Assembly (NCBI GenBank): GCA_000091165.1
Contig: FP565575.1
Location: 450,001 to 482,000 of the forward strand
Source: Candidatus Methylomirabilis oxygeniifera
Lineage (GTDB): Bacteria; Methylomirabilota; Methylomirabilia; Methylomirabilales; Methylomirabilaceae
DNA: 32,000 nucleotides
Direction of reading: 5' to 3'
The notes beneath the pieces are model-generated. The model saw only the letters and a list, made by a program, of their open reading frames with translations, searched no databases and was not told the origin of the DNA. The position numbers and the translations under genes are program-made. Positions 8,375 to 17,455 of the stretch are shown one piece after another (the first letter of the stretch is position 1; each line of letters begins with the position of its first letter).

Positions 8375-8478
8375 GATAGGTGTTCGCGGTATCAACGTAA
8401 CAGGGGCGAGTGAATCCGCCATCGGCGGATGAGTGCCGGACGGGGAAAAGGAAGCCGTCCTTCAGGCTGGGAGATACT

Positions 8479-9681
8479 ATGGCCAAGGCGAAGTTCGAGC
8501 GGACGAAAGAACATATGAACATCGGGACCATCGGGCACATCGACCACGGCAAGACCACCCTGACCGCGGCGATCACGAAGGTCCTCCATGCGGCGAATGC
8601 GAAGGTCGCCTTCGTTCCCTTCGACCAGATCGACAAGGCGCCGGAGGAGAAGGAGCGGGGGATCACTATCAACATCGCCCACGTCGAGTATGAGACGGCC
8701 AAGCGGCACTACGCCCATGTCGACTGCCCCGGCCACGCCGACTACATCAAGAACATGATCACCGGCGCGGCTCAGATGGACGGGGCGATCCTGGTCGTCG
8801 CCGCCTCTGAGGGCCCAATGCCCCAGACCCGCGAGCACATCCTCCTGGCCCGACAGGTCAACGTCCCCAACCTGGTCGTCTTTCTGAACAAGGTCGACCT
8901 GGTGGACGATCCCGAACTGCTCGAGCTGGTCGAACTGGAGGTCCGCGAGCTGCTCACCGCCTACAACTTCCCGGGCGACGACATCCCCTTTGTCCGCGGC
9001 AGCGCGCTCAAAGCGCTGGAGACCGGCAGCGGTGACCGCAGCAACCCGGCGTCCACACCGATCTTTGAGCTCATGGACGCTGTCGACGCCTACTTCCCCG
9101 CCCCCGTCCGCGTGCTGGATAAGCCGTTCCTCATGCCGATCGAGGACGTCTTCTCGATCTCCGGACGCGGGACCGTCGTCACCGGCCGCGTCGAGCGCGG
9201 CATCATCAAGGTCAGCGACGAGGTGGAGCTCGTCGGCATCCGAGATACCCAGCGGACCGTCGTCACCGGGGTCGAGATGTTCCGGAAGCTCCTCGATCAG
9301 GGCCAGGCCGGCGACAACGTCGGGCTGCTCCTGCGAGGGACCAAGCGCGAGGAAGTAGAGCGCGGCCAGGTGGTGGCCAAGCCCGGCTCCATCCCCCCCC
9401 ATACGCGCTTTAAGGCCGAAGCCTACATCCTCACCAAGGAAGAGGGCGGTCGCCATACCCCCTTCTTCAACGGCTATCGGCCCCAGTTCTACTTCCGGAC
9501 GACTGATGTGACGGGGGTCTGCACGCTCCCCGCCGGGACCGAGATGGTCATGCCGGGCGACAACGTGAGCCTCGCGGTCGAACTGATTCAGCCGATCGCC
9601 ATGGAGAAGGAGTTGCGCTTCGCGATCCGCGAGGGCGGCCGCACTGTGGGGGCCGGCGTGGTGAGCGAGGTGTTGGAGTAG
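8479..9681 (+). CDS. tuf: Elongation factor Tu, copy 1 (tufB-like position after the Thr-Tyr-Gly-Thr tRNAs)
   Basis: [47 protein letters not shown]. True start is ATG 8479 (SD GGGAGA at 8469-8474). The listed start at 8410 adds 23 non-homologous residues. Confidence 0.97.
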   Translation: MAKAKFERTKEHMNIGTIGHIDHGKTTLTAAITKVLHAANAKVAFVPFDQIDKAPEEKERGITINIAHVEYETAKRHYAHVDCPGHADYIKNMITGAAQMDGAILVVAASEGPMPQTREHILLARQVNVPNLVVFLNKVDLVDDPELLELVELEVRELLTAYNFPGDDIPFVRGSALKALETGSGDRSNPASTPIFELMDAVDAYFPAPVRVLDKPFLMPIEDVFSISGRGTVVTGRVERGIIKVSDEVELVGIRDTQRTVVTGVEMFRKLLDQGQAGDNVGLLLRGTKREEVERGQVVAKPGSIPPHTRFKAEAYILTKEEGGRHTPFFNGYRPQFYFRTTDVTGVCTLPAGTEMVMPGDNVSLAVELIQPIAMEKELRFAIREGGRTVGAGVVSEVLE

Positions 9682-9686
9682 GGGGG
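8479..9686 (+). repeat. 1208-bp direct repeat, copy A (apparently identical to 24826-26033)
   Basis: All forward and reverse ORF translations across the two tuf loci are identical, and line-by-line spot checks agree. Identity starts at the ATG and ends 5 nt after the stop. Confidence 0.85.
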
Positions 9687-9692
9687 AACACG

Positions 9693-9781
9693 CTATCAGC
9701 TTTCAGCGGTCAGCTTTTTCTACCGCGCTTCCTGTTTTTGCTTGAGGCTGACGGCTGAGTGCTGATCGCTAATAGCTATTA
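9693..9781. repeat. Heptamer inverted-repeat element (TCAGC / GCTGA core)
   Basis: CTATCAG CTTTCAG CGGTCAG, a 33-nt spacer, then GCTGACG GCTGAGT GCTGATC GCTAATA GCTATTA. Arms 9692-9714 and 9747-9769 are complementary at 19 of 23 positions. Confidence 0.8.
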
Positions 9782-9804
9782 TTCGAGGAGCGTACGGAGC
9801 AGCG

Positions 9805-9954
9805 ATGCGTGAGATAATCACATTGGCTTGCGGTGAGTGCAAGAGGCGAAATTATACAACGACGAAGAGTAAACAGAACACACCGGATAGGGTTGAGCTG
9901 AGTAAATACTGTCGTTGGTGCCGCAAGCACACCGCCCATAAAGAAGCAAAGTAG
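9805..9954 (+). CDS. rpmG: 50S ribosomal protein L33 (zinc-ribbon CxxC...CxxC form)
   Basis: A 49-codon ORF below the track cut-off: [55 protein letters not shown] lies 5 nt upstream, in the canonical position before tRNA-Trp/secE. Confidence 0.9.
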   Translation: MREIITLACGECKRRNYTTTKSKQNTPDRVELSKYCRWCRKHTAHKEAK

Positions 9955-10041
9955 ACTGTTGCGGGTTTTGAGTGTTGGGCATGACAGGAGCGACGGAGGT
10001 CGCCGCTCGAAACTCAAGACGCGAAATCTCGAACCTCGTAG

Positions 10042-10117
10042 AGGCCAGTAGCTCTAACGGCAGAGCATCGGACTCCAAATCCGAGGGTTGGGGGTTCAAA
10101 TCCCTCCTGGCCTGCCA
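10042..10117 (+). tRNA. tRNA-Trp (anticodon CCA), CCA end encoded
   Basis: Acceptor AGGCCAG/CTGGCCT, anticodon loop CT-CCA-AA, T arm GGGGTTCAAATCCC. Confidence 0.95.
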
Positions 10118-10283
10118 TGTGGTGGCCAATAACCTTATCGCAATTTCAAAAGGGGAAGGTATCGGCGGCGGTTCAGTGTGAGTAGATTCATTTTCTGAAG
10201 ATCTTGAATTTGAGCAGAATATCTCGGAGTGAGGGTAAAATGATCTCCAGAAGACAGAAGGTCGGAGGAGCAGAAAGACGACG

Positions 10284-10478
10284 ATGATGGAACGGTGGCA
10301 GCAACTGGTTCAGTTCTTAAAGGAGGTCAGAACTGAGCTGAAAAGGGTCAATTGGCCTCTGAGAAAAGAAGTCGTGGGATCTACCATTGTTGTCATCGTA
10401 TCGGTGTTTATTCTCTCGTTGTTTCTCGGGGTGGTAGACGTCACGTTACAGAAGCTGCTCACCTTGGTGGTCAGATAG
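10284..10478 (+). CDS. secE: Preprotein translocase subunit SecE
   Basis: 64 aa with the EVRTELKRVNWPLRKEV motif followed by a single TM helix, located directly upstream of nusG. Confidence 0.93.
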   Translation: MMERWQQLVQFLKEVRTELKRVNWPLRKEVVGSTIVVIVSVFILSLFLGVVDVTLQKLLTLVVR

Positions 10479-10490
10479 GCGAGTCAACCA

Positions 10491-11039
10491 ATGCCAGCGA
10501 GTCAGACTATGTCGCAAAGTTGGTATGTGATTCATACGTATTCGGGTTTTGAGAACAAGGTGAAGGAGAGCATTGAACAGCGGGCTGCGGCCTTGGGATT
10601 GTCCGACAAGATCTCAAAGGTCATGATTCCCACTGAAGACGTGGTTGAGCTCAAAAAAGGCAAACGAACGGTTTCCTCGCGGAAATTCTTTCCGGGGTAC
10701 GTCCTGATTAAGGCGGAGATGTCTGAGCAGCTTTGGTATCTCGTCAAGAATACCCCGAAAGTGACCGGCTTTGTCGGTCCGGCTACGCAACCGACTCCGG
10801 TTCCAGAGGAGCAGGTGCAAACCATTCTGCAGCAGGTGGAGGAGGGGGCCGAGCGACCAAAGCACAGGGTCATGTTCCTTCGCGGAGAGAGTGTTCGAGT
10901 GATCGACGGTCCATTTGCCAACTTTACCGGTCTCGTTGACGAGGTCAAGCCCGAAAAGGGACGACTGAAGGTGATGGTCAGTATCTTCGGAAGACCGACC
11001 CCGGTGGATCTGGAGTTCTTACAGGTTGAAAAGGTTTGA
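10491..11039 (+). CDS. nusG: Transcription termination/antitermination factor NusG
   Basis: WYVIHTYSGFENKV NGN domain and a C-terminal KOW (GESVRVIDGPFANFTGLV). An alternative start is ATG 10509. Confidence 0.95.
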   Translation: MPASQTMSQSWYVIHTYSGFENKVKESIEQRAAALGLSDKISKVMIPTEDVVELKKGKRTVSSRKFFPGYVLIKAEMSEQLWYLVKNTPKVTGFVGPATQPTPVPEEQVQTILQQVEEGAERPKHRVMFLRGESVRVIDGPFANFTGLVDEVKPEKGRLKVMVSIFGRPTPVDLEFLQVEKV

Positions 11040-11088
11040 ACAAACGGCTCCAAGTTTATAGCTAACAGCTACTGCATTCGAGGTTATC

Positions 11089-11511
11089 ATGGCTAAAAAG
11101 GTCGCTGCGATAGTGAAACTTCAGGTTCCGGCCGGCAAGGCTAACCCGGCGCCGCCGGTCGGTCCCGCGCTCGGACAGCACGGCGTCAATATTATGGAGT
11201 TCTGCAAGGCCTTCAATGCGCAAACGGCGTCGGAAGAGGGCTTAGTGATTCCTGTTGTTATTACGATCTATGCGGATCGAACCTTCACGTTTGTTACCAA
11301 GACGCCTCCAGCGGCAATCCTGCTGAAGCAGGCTGTGGGAATCGCCAAGGCCTCGAAAGAGCCGAACCGTACGAAGGTCGGGAAGGTAACCAGGAAGCAG
11401 GTGGAAGAGATCGCGCGAACGAAGATGCCGGACCTGAATGCGTTGTCGATCGAGTCGGCTGTCAGGATTATTGAGGGAACGGCGAAGACCATGGGGATCG
11501 AGGTGGTCTGA
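11089..11511 (+). CDS. rplK: 50S ribosomal protein L11
   Basis: [34 protein letters not shown] signature. Confidence 0.97.
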   Translation: MAKKVAAIVKLQVPAGKANPAPPVGPALGQHGVNIMEFCKAFNAQTASEEGLVIPVVITIYADRTFTFVTKTPPAAILLKQAVGIAKASKEPNRTKVGKVTRKQVEEIARTKMPDLNALSIESAVRIIEGTAKTMGIEVV

Positions 11512-11516
11512 GAACA

Positions 11517-11599
11517 GGGTACAGGGTATAGGGTATAGGGTATAGGGAGAAGGCGATCCGTTTCTTTTTCTCTCCACCCTCCACTCTCCACCCTCCACC
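11517..11599. repeat. G-tract arm / C-tract arm heptamer element (GGGTAYA ... CTCCACC family), copy 2
   Basis: GGGTACA GGGTATA GGGTATA GGGTATA GGGAGAA (11517-11551), a 20-nt spacer, then CTCCACC CTCCACT CTCCACC CTCCACC (11572-11599). Confidence 0.9.
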
Positions 11600-11617
11600 C
11601 TTTCCTTGGAGTGAGAT

Positions 11618-12325
11618 ATGTCGAAAGTTGGAAAGCGCTATGGAGCGGCTGCTGAAGCGGTGACACGGCTAGGCTCATGCGACCTGGTCAAGGCGATAGA
11701 GGTGGTCAAGTCGAATGCCGGGGCGAAGTTTGATGAGACCATGGAGATGGCGGTTCGCCTGGGGGTTGATCCGAAGCATGCCGATCAGATGGTCAGGGGT
11801 ACGGTCGTATTGCCCCACGGAACAGGGAAGAGTGTTCGAGTGCTGGTCTTTATGAAGGGCGAGCAAGAGAAAGATGCCCGGGAGGCCGGTGCCGACTATG
11901 TGGGCTGTGAAGACCTGATAGAGAAGATCCAGCAGGGGTGGCTTGAGTTCGATCGGGCGATTGCCACCCCGAATGTGATGGGTCTGGTGGGACGCCTCGG
12001 AAAGGTTCTTGGTCCTCGGGGATTAATGCCTAATCCGAAGACCGGTACCGTGACCTTCGATGTTGGAAGAGCGGTCAAAGAGTTCAAGGGTGGAAAGATT
12101 GAGTATCGTACAGAGAAGGCAGGGATCGTGCATGCGCCTTTCGGCAAGGCCTCGTTTACGGCGAACCAGCTCCATGAGAATGCGATGGCATTGCTGGAGG
12201 CGTTGGTCCGGGCTAAGCCGGCCTCCAGCAAGGGTCGATACCTCAATGGTGTCGCCATATCGTCGACAATGGGGCCGGGTGTGCGGGTAGATCTTGACAC
12301 CCTGGTGGGGTTGGCAAAGAGCTGA
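11618..12325 (+). CDS. rplA: 50S ribosomal protein L1
   Basis: 235 aa with [40 protein letters not shown] at 11608-11611. Confidence 0.97.
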   Translation: MSKVGKRYGAAAEAVTRLGSCDLVKAIEVVKSNAGAKFDETMEMAVRLGVDPKHADQMVRGTVVLPHGTGKSVRVLVFMKGEQEKDAREAGADYVGCEDLIEKIQQGWLEFDRAIATPNVMGLVGRLGKVLGPRGLMPNPKTGTVTFDVGRAVKEFKGGKIEYRTEKAGIVHAPFGKASFTANQLHENAMALLEALVRAKPASSKGRYLNGVAISSTMGPGVRVDLDTLVGLAKS

Positions 12326-12356
12326 GGTAGCCGGCTCGCCGTGCATGGAGGGGACA

Positions 12357-12872
12357 GTGAATCGGGTAGAAAAAGCAGCAGTAATTGATGAGCTTAAGAC
12401 CGCACTGGCGGGGTCGACGGTCGCCATGCTGGCGGATCCTCAGGGTCTCACGATGAGCGACTTGACCGAGCTGAGAAAGCTGCTTCGGCAGCAGGGAGTG
12501 ACGCTTCAGGTTGTCAAAAATACCCTCGCCAGATTGGCCACCGCGGGGATGGAGCTCCAGAATCTCAAGCCCTATCTTGTCGGTCCGACCGCGATTATTT
12601 ATGGCAAGGGTGATCCAACTGCGCCGGCTAAACTCTTAGCGACGTTCGGAAAGACGAGACCGTCCTTCCAGATCAAAGCCGGTTTCGCGGAGGGAACGGT
12701 CTTAACCGGGAAAGATGCGGCGGCGCTCGCCGATCTCCCTTCACGTGAGGTGCTTGCGGCCAGACTCGCCGGTATCATGCAATCCCCCCTGCGCGGCTTC
12801 GTGACGGTGTTGAATGGACCTCTTCGTTCCTTCATGATGGTCCTGGAGGCGGTGAAGCAGCAGAAGGGGTAG
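12357..12872 (+). CDS. rplJ: 50S ribosomal protein L10
   Basis: [16 protein letters not shown] is a typical L10 N-terminus. GTG 12357 is preceded by GGAGGGG (12347-12353). In-frame ATG 12345 and ATG 12294 lack an SD, and 12294 overlaps rplA. Confidence 0.9.
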   Translation: MNRVEKAAVIDELKTALAGSTVAMLADPQGLTMSDLTELRKLLRQQGVTLQVVKNTLARLATAGMELQNLKPYLVGPTAIIYGKGDPTAPAKLLATFGKTRPSFQIKAGFAEGTVLTGKDAAALADLPSREVLAARLAGIMQSPLRGFVTVLNGPLRSFMMVLEAVKQQKG

Positions 12873-12947
12873 GGACCAGCCTTGGCCTGAAACGGCCCGG
12901 GTATCGTCGGTATATCTGTTACTATACAGTCAAGGAGAGGAGTGACG

Positions 12948-13340
12948 ATGGCAAAGGTCACAGTTGATGATGTGTTGGACTCGATTGAGACGTGGACTGT
13001 GTTGGACCTCAATAAGCTGGTAAAGGGGATTGAGGATAAATTCGGGGTCTCTGCAACGGCGATGATGCCTATGGCGGCGGTTGGCTCTGGTGGGGCTGGG
13101 GCGGCTGCAGCGCCGGCAGCTGAGGAGAAGACAGAGTTCTCGGTGATCCTCGCCTCTGTGGGAGAGAAGAAGATCCAGGTCATCAAGGAGGTGAGGGCCA
13201 TTACCGGACTGGGTCTGAAAGAGGCTAAAGACCTGGTTGAGGGCGCTCCCAAGCCGGTGAAGGAAGGGTTGTCGAAGGCTGAGGCGGAGGAGATTAAAGC
13301 GAAGCTCGAGGCGACCGGCGCGACTGCAGAACTTAAGTAA
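12948..13340 (+). CDS. rplL: 50S ribosomal protein L7/L12
   Basis: Ala/Gly hinge and C-terminal [36 protein letters not shown] 12948 follows the SD AAGGAGAGGAG. The listed GTG 12942 overlaps the last base of that SD. Confidence 0.95.
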   Translation: MAKVTVDDVLDSIETWTVLDLNKLVKGIEDKFGVSATAMMPMAAVGSGGAGAAAAPAAEEKTEFSVILASVGEKKIQVIKEVRAITGLGLKEAKDLVEGAPKPVKEGLSKAEAEEIKAKLEATGATAELK

Positions 13341-13374
13341 TGCGGGAAGAAGGAAGAAAAGGAGTTGAGGACGT

Positions 13375-16300
13375 ATGGCCCTCGTGAAAAAGAGCGTGGC
13401 TGCTGAGCGCTGGAATTTCAGCAAGATCAAAGAGGTGATCTCTATCCCCAATCTGATTGAGATCCAGCGGCGGTCCTTCGATCAATTTTTACAAATGAAG
13501 GTTCCGCCGCACGCACGCGAGGAGATCGGTCTTCAGGGGGCCTTCGCCAGCATCTTTCCGATCTATAACTACGACCAGTCGGCGTCGCTTGATTTTGTGA
13601 AGTACGAGTTCGGGGCGCCAAAGTACCGGGCAGAGGAATCGCTGGAGAAGGGGATGACGTACTCCGTCCCGCTCAAGGTGACCCTTCGCTTGATGGTGTG
13701 GGATAAGCCGGTCGGCTCCGAGGCCGGCAGTATCAGGGACATTAAAGAGCAGGAGGTCTACCTGGGCGAAATGCCTTTGATGACGCCTCAGGGCACCTTT
13801 ATCATTAATGGAACGGAGCGGGTGGTGGTCAGCCAATTGCACCGCTCTCCAGGCGTCTTTTTTGATCATGACAGCGGTAAGACTCACCCGAGCGGTAAGA
13901 TCCTGTACTCCGCTCGTCTTATCCCGTATCGCGGTTCCTGGCTGGAATTCGAATTCGATGCGAATGACGTACTGTATGTCCGGGTAGACCGAAGGCGAAG
14001 GTTTCTGGCCTCGATCCTGCTACGAGCCATCGGCTATGGGAGTAATGAGGAGATCCTGAACCTTTTCTACGAGCGGGATATGTTACGCATCGAGAAGGGG
14101 AAGGAAATCCTGATTCATGTGGGTTCACGTGGCGCGACCAGTTTTCGGGCGAGTAAGGATATTCCCGATCCCCAAACTAAGCAACTGATCCTTGGGACGG
14201 CTAAGCGCATCACGAAGACGGCTCAGAAGCGACTCCAGGCACTGAAGATCACGGAGATATCGCTGTATAAAGAGGATCTCATCGGACGAATTGCAGCCGC
14301 TGATATTGTGAATACGGCAAGCGGTGAGGTCATCCTTGAATGTGCGCAGGAGATTACGGCAGAAGCGCTGGAGCGAATGCTGAGCAGCGGAACGGCCAGC
14401 TTCGCCGTACTGGCCAGCCTGGACGGTCGGGAAACGTTTGAGATCCGGGAGAGCATCATTCGCGACTCGACCCGCTCCGAGAAGGATGCCTTGACCGAGA
14501 TGTACCGGAGAATGCGACCCGGTGATCCGCCCAATGAGGAAGCCACCAAGGCATTCCTCGAGTCCATCTTCTTTAATCCAAAGCGCTATGACCTGTCCAA
14601 GGTCGGACGCCTGAAGATCAATCGCAAGCTTGGCCTCGACGTACCCCTTGAGGTGCATGCCCTCATGTGCCGTCGATATCGACCGAGCGGTATGGAGACA
14701 CGGATAGGTCAGATAGACGACGTCGTAGAGGCTATCCGATACCTCCTCAGGCTGAAGCACGGAGAAGCCGGGACCTCCGTCGATGATATCGACCATCTGG
14801 GCAATCGTCGAGTCCGATCGGCCGGAGAACTCCTGGAGGAACAGTTTCGGATCGGATTAGCTCGAATGGAACGGGCGGTTCGAGAGCGAATGAGTACACA
14901 GGAGTTGGAGACCCTGATGCCGCACGATCTGGTGAATGCCAAGCCGGTGACGGCGGCGCTGAAGGAGTTTTTCGGCAGCTCCCAGCTTTCTCAGTTTATG
15001 GATCAGACCAACCCGCTGGCCGAGTTGACTCACAAGCGGCGGCTGTCGGCCTTAGGCCCTGGAGGGCTGTCTCGGGAGCGGGCGGGGTTTGAGGTCCGGG
15101 ACGTACACCCGACTCACTATGGTCGGATGTGTCCTATCGAAACGCCGGAGGGTCCTAACGTCGGTCTTATTGCCAGTCTGTCCACCTATGCCCGCGTGAA
15201 TGATTTCGGCTTTATCGAGACCCCGTATCGCAAGGTTCGGGATGGTGTTGTGACCGACGAGATCGAGTATCTGACCGCCGACGAAGAGGAGAAGTATACG
15301 ATCGCGCAGGCCAACGCGGAGTTGGACGGACGGGGTCGGTTCACCTCAGATCGAATCTCGGCGCGAACCGGCGGCAACTTCGTCACGGTTCCCCCGATGA
15401 ATGTTGAGTACATGGATGTTGCCCCGAAGCAACTGGTTGGGGTGTCTACGTCGCTGGTCCCGTTCCTCGAACACGATGACGCCAATCGCGCCCTGATGGG
15501 CGCCAACATGCAACGCCAAGCGGTCCCTCTCCTACGGCCGGAAGCCCCCGTAGTCGGCACCGGAATGGAATATCCCGCGGCGCGGGATTCCGGGACCGTT
15601 GTAACGGCCCGGCGTGGCGGGATCGTCGAATCGGTGACCGCCGACCGGATCATTGTCCGCGCTTCGGACGGCAAAGGCGAAGAGGGCGAAGACGATACGG
15701 GGGTGGACATCTACTCCCTGGTGAAGTTTCGTCGCAGCAACCAGAATACCTGCCTCACACAGAAGCCGATTGTGAGCAAAGGGGAGCGGATCACGAGGGG
15801 TCAGGTTATTGCCGACGGGCCGGCGACGCAGAACGGCGAACTGGCGCTCGGACAAAACGTGATGGTCGCGTTCATGCCATGGGGTGGGTATAACTTTGAG
15901 GACGCGATTCTGATCAGCGAGCGGTTGGTGAAGGATGATCGCTATACCTCTATTCACATCGAGGAGTTCGAGATCGAGGCGCGTGAGACCAAACTGGGAA
16001 AAGAGGAGATCACGCGCGATACCCCGAATGTGGGCGAGGATGCGCTCAAAGATCTCGACGAAAGCGGGATCGTCCGGATCGGAGCCGAGGTAAAGCCAGG
16101 GGATATCCTGGTGGGGAAGGTGACTCCCAAAGGTGAAACCGTACTGACTCCGGAAGAGCGACTGCTGCGTGCCATCTTTGGCGAGAAGGCCGAGGACGTG
16201 CGGGATGCCTCGCTGTATGTTCCGCCAGGGATCTGCGGCACCGTCGTCGACGTCAAGGTCTTCTCGCGAAAAGGGGTTGAGAAGGATGAGCGGGCCAAGT

Positions 16301-17391
16301 CGATTGAAGACGAAGAGGTCAGTCGACTCCGCAAGGACTTCGAAGATGAGATTAGTATCATTGCTGCGGATCGGGATAGGAAGCTGCGTTCCCTCCTCGA
16401 TGGTATAGACGTTAGCAGAGAGATCCGGAGCAGGATTACGCGTAAGATCGTGGTTTCAAAAGGGAAGACATTAACCGGCGAGATGCTGGATAAGCTGTCC
16501 CATGAGCAGTTAGTAGATCTCGCCGGGCGATTGGACGAAGAGTTGGGTCAGAAAGCGAGCAGAATCGGCGACGCAGCGGATAATCAGGTCCACGTCCTGC
16601 AGACGCTCCTGGAGGAGCGAATCAGCAGAGCAACCCGAGGGGATGAGCTTGCTCCTGGGGTCTTTAAGATGGTGAAGGTCTACGTGGCCATGAAACGAAA
16701 GCTCTCTGTCGGTGATAAGATGGCCGGCCGACATGGGAACAAGGGTGTGATCGCGAAGGTTCTGCCTGAGGAAGATATGCCTTACCTACCTGACGGGACA
16801 CCCGTTGAGGTAGTCTTGAATCCGCTGGGCGTGCCTTCCCGAATGAACGTCGGTCAGATTCTGGAGACCCACCTCGGCTGGGCGGCGGGAGCTCTGGGGC
16901 TGCGGGTCGCCTCGCCGGTCTTTGATGGGGCCAAAGAGCAAGAGATTAAGGTCTGGCTCAAGCGAGCCAAGCTCCCAGTTTCAGGGAAGACCGTTCTCTA
17001 CGACGGACGTACCGGTAAGCCGTTCCACCAGGAGGTGACGGTCGGCTATATCTACCTTATGAAGCTGGCCCATCTTGTAGATGACAAGATTCACGCTCGA
17101 TCCATTGGGCCCTACTCGTTGATTACTCAGCAACCTCTGGGGGGCAAGGCCCAATTCGGTGGACAGCGATTCGGCGAGATGGAGGTGTGGGCGTTGGAGG
17201 CGTATGGGGCCGCGCATACCCTGCAAGAGATTCTGACCGTAAAGTCGGATGATGTCGTCGGACGAACCAAGATGTATGAGTCGATTGTTCGAGGCGACTG
17301 TACGCTCGATCCGGGGCTTCCTGAATCGTTCAATGTTCTGGTTAAAGAGCTGCAAAGTTTGGCGCTGGATGTTGAGCTGAAGAAGGAGTAG
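13375..17391 (+). CDS. rpoB: DNA-directed RNA polymerase subunit beta
   Basis: 1338 aa with conserved segments [59 protein letters not shown] and [15 protein letters not shown]. Confidence 0.98.
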   Translation: MALVKKSVAAERWNFSKIKEVISIPNLIEIQRRSFDQFLQMKVPPHAREEIGLQGAFASIFPIYNYDQSASLDFVKYEFGAPKYRAEESLEKGMTYSVPLKVTLRLMVWDKPVGSEAGSIRDIKEQEVYLGEMPLMTPQGTFIINGTERVVVSQLHRSPGVFFDHDSGKTHPSGKILYSARLIPYRGSWLEFEFDANDVLYVRVDRRRRFLASILLRAIGYGSNEEILNLFYERDMLRIEKGKEILIHVGSRGATSFRASKDIPDPQTKQLILGTAKRITKTAQKRLQALKITEISLYKEDLIGRIAAADIVNTASGEVILECAQEITAEALERMLSSGTASFAVLASLDGRETFEIRESIIRDSTRSEKDALTEMYRRMRPGDPPNEEATKAFLESIFFNPKRYDLSKVGRLKINRKLGLDVPLEVHALMCRRYRPSGMETRIGQIDDVVEAIRYLLRLKHGEAGTSVDDIDHLGNRRVRSAGELLEEQFRIGLARMERAVRERMSTQELETLMPHDLVNAKPVTAALKEFFGSSQLSQFMDQTNPLAELTHKRRLSALGPGGLSRERAGFEVRDVHPTHYGRMCPIETPEGPNVGLIASLSTYARVNDFGFIETPYRKVRDGVVTDEIEYLTADEEEKYTIAQANAELDGRGRFTSDRISARTGGNFVTVPPMNVEYMDVAPKQLVGVSTSLVPFLEHDDANRALMGANMQRQAVPLLRPEAPVVGTGMEYPAARDSGTVVTARRGGIVESVTADRIIVRASDGKGEEGEDDTGVDIYSLVKFRRSNQNTCLTQKPIVSKGERITRGQVIADGPATQNGELALGQNVMVAFMPWGGYNFEDAILISERLVKDDRYTSIHIEEFEIEARETKLGKEEITRDTPNVGEDALKDLDESGIVRIGAEVKPGDILVGKVTPKGETVLTPEERLLRAIFGEKAEDVRDASLYVPPGICGTVVDVKVFSRKGVEKDERAKSIEDEEVSRLRKDFEDEISIIAADRDRKLRSLLDGIDVSREIRSRITRKIVVSKGKTLTGEMLDKLSHEQLVDLAGRLDEELGQKASRIGDAADNQVHVLQTLLEERISRATRGDELAPGVFKMVKVYVAMKRKLSVGDKMAGRHGNKGVIAKVLPEEDMPYLPDGTPVEVVLNPLGVPSRMNVGQILETHLGWAAGALGLRVASPVFDGAKEQEIKVWLKRAKLPVSGKTVLYDGRTGKPFHQEVTVGYIYLMKLAHLVDDKIHARSIGPYSLITQQPLGGKAQFGGQRFGEMEVWALEAYGAAHTLQEILTVKSDDVVGRTKMYESIVRGDCTLDPGLPESFNVLVKELQSLALDVELKKE

Positions 17392-17401
17392 CCCTGAAAG
17401 A

Positions 17402-17436
17402 CAGCGATCAGCCTTCAGCCCATAGCTGATAGCTGG
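17402..17436. repeat. Heptamer inverted-repeat element (CAGC / GCTG core)
   Basis: CAGCGAT CAGCCTT CAGCCCA TAGCTGA TAGCTGG. Stem 17402-17412 pairs with 17425-17435 at 10 of 11 positions. Confidence 0.75.
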
Positions 17437-17455
17437 TCTCATGTGGAGGTAGTCG

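Noticed and set aside
8410-8478. N-terminal extension of tuf copy 1 ([23 protein letters not shown]) in the ORF track.
   Set aside because: Copy 2 lacks it. Sequence identity between the copies begins exactly at ATG 8479, which has its own SD. The extension overlaps two spacer hairpins.
8392-9456. 354-aa ORF antisense to tuf copy 1, and its 330-aa twin at 24811-25803.
   Set aside because: It lies entirely inside a gene with unmistakable EF-Tu coding signal on the other strand. Its translation is low-complexity and rich in D, G, L, V and A. The open frame is the expected by-product of about 90% G/C at tuf third positions.
9955-10041. Stem-loops after rpmG (GCGAC-GGAG-GTCGC and TTTGAGT...ACTCAAG) as a possible terminator.
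   Set aside because: No U-tract follows and tRNA-Trp begins immediately. They are more likely ordinary tRNA 5'-leader structure, and I could not support a specific call.
12599-13252. 217-aa minus-strand ORF across rplJ and rplL.
   Set aside because: It is antisense to two canonical r-protein genes. Its Ala/Pro-rich stretch simply mirrors the L7/L12 Ala-rich hinge.
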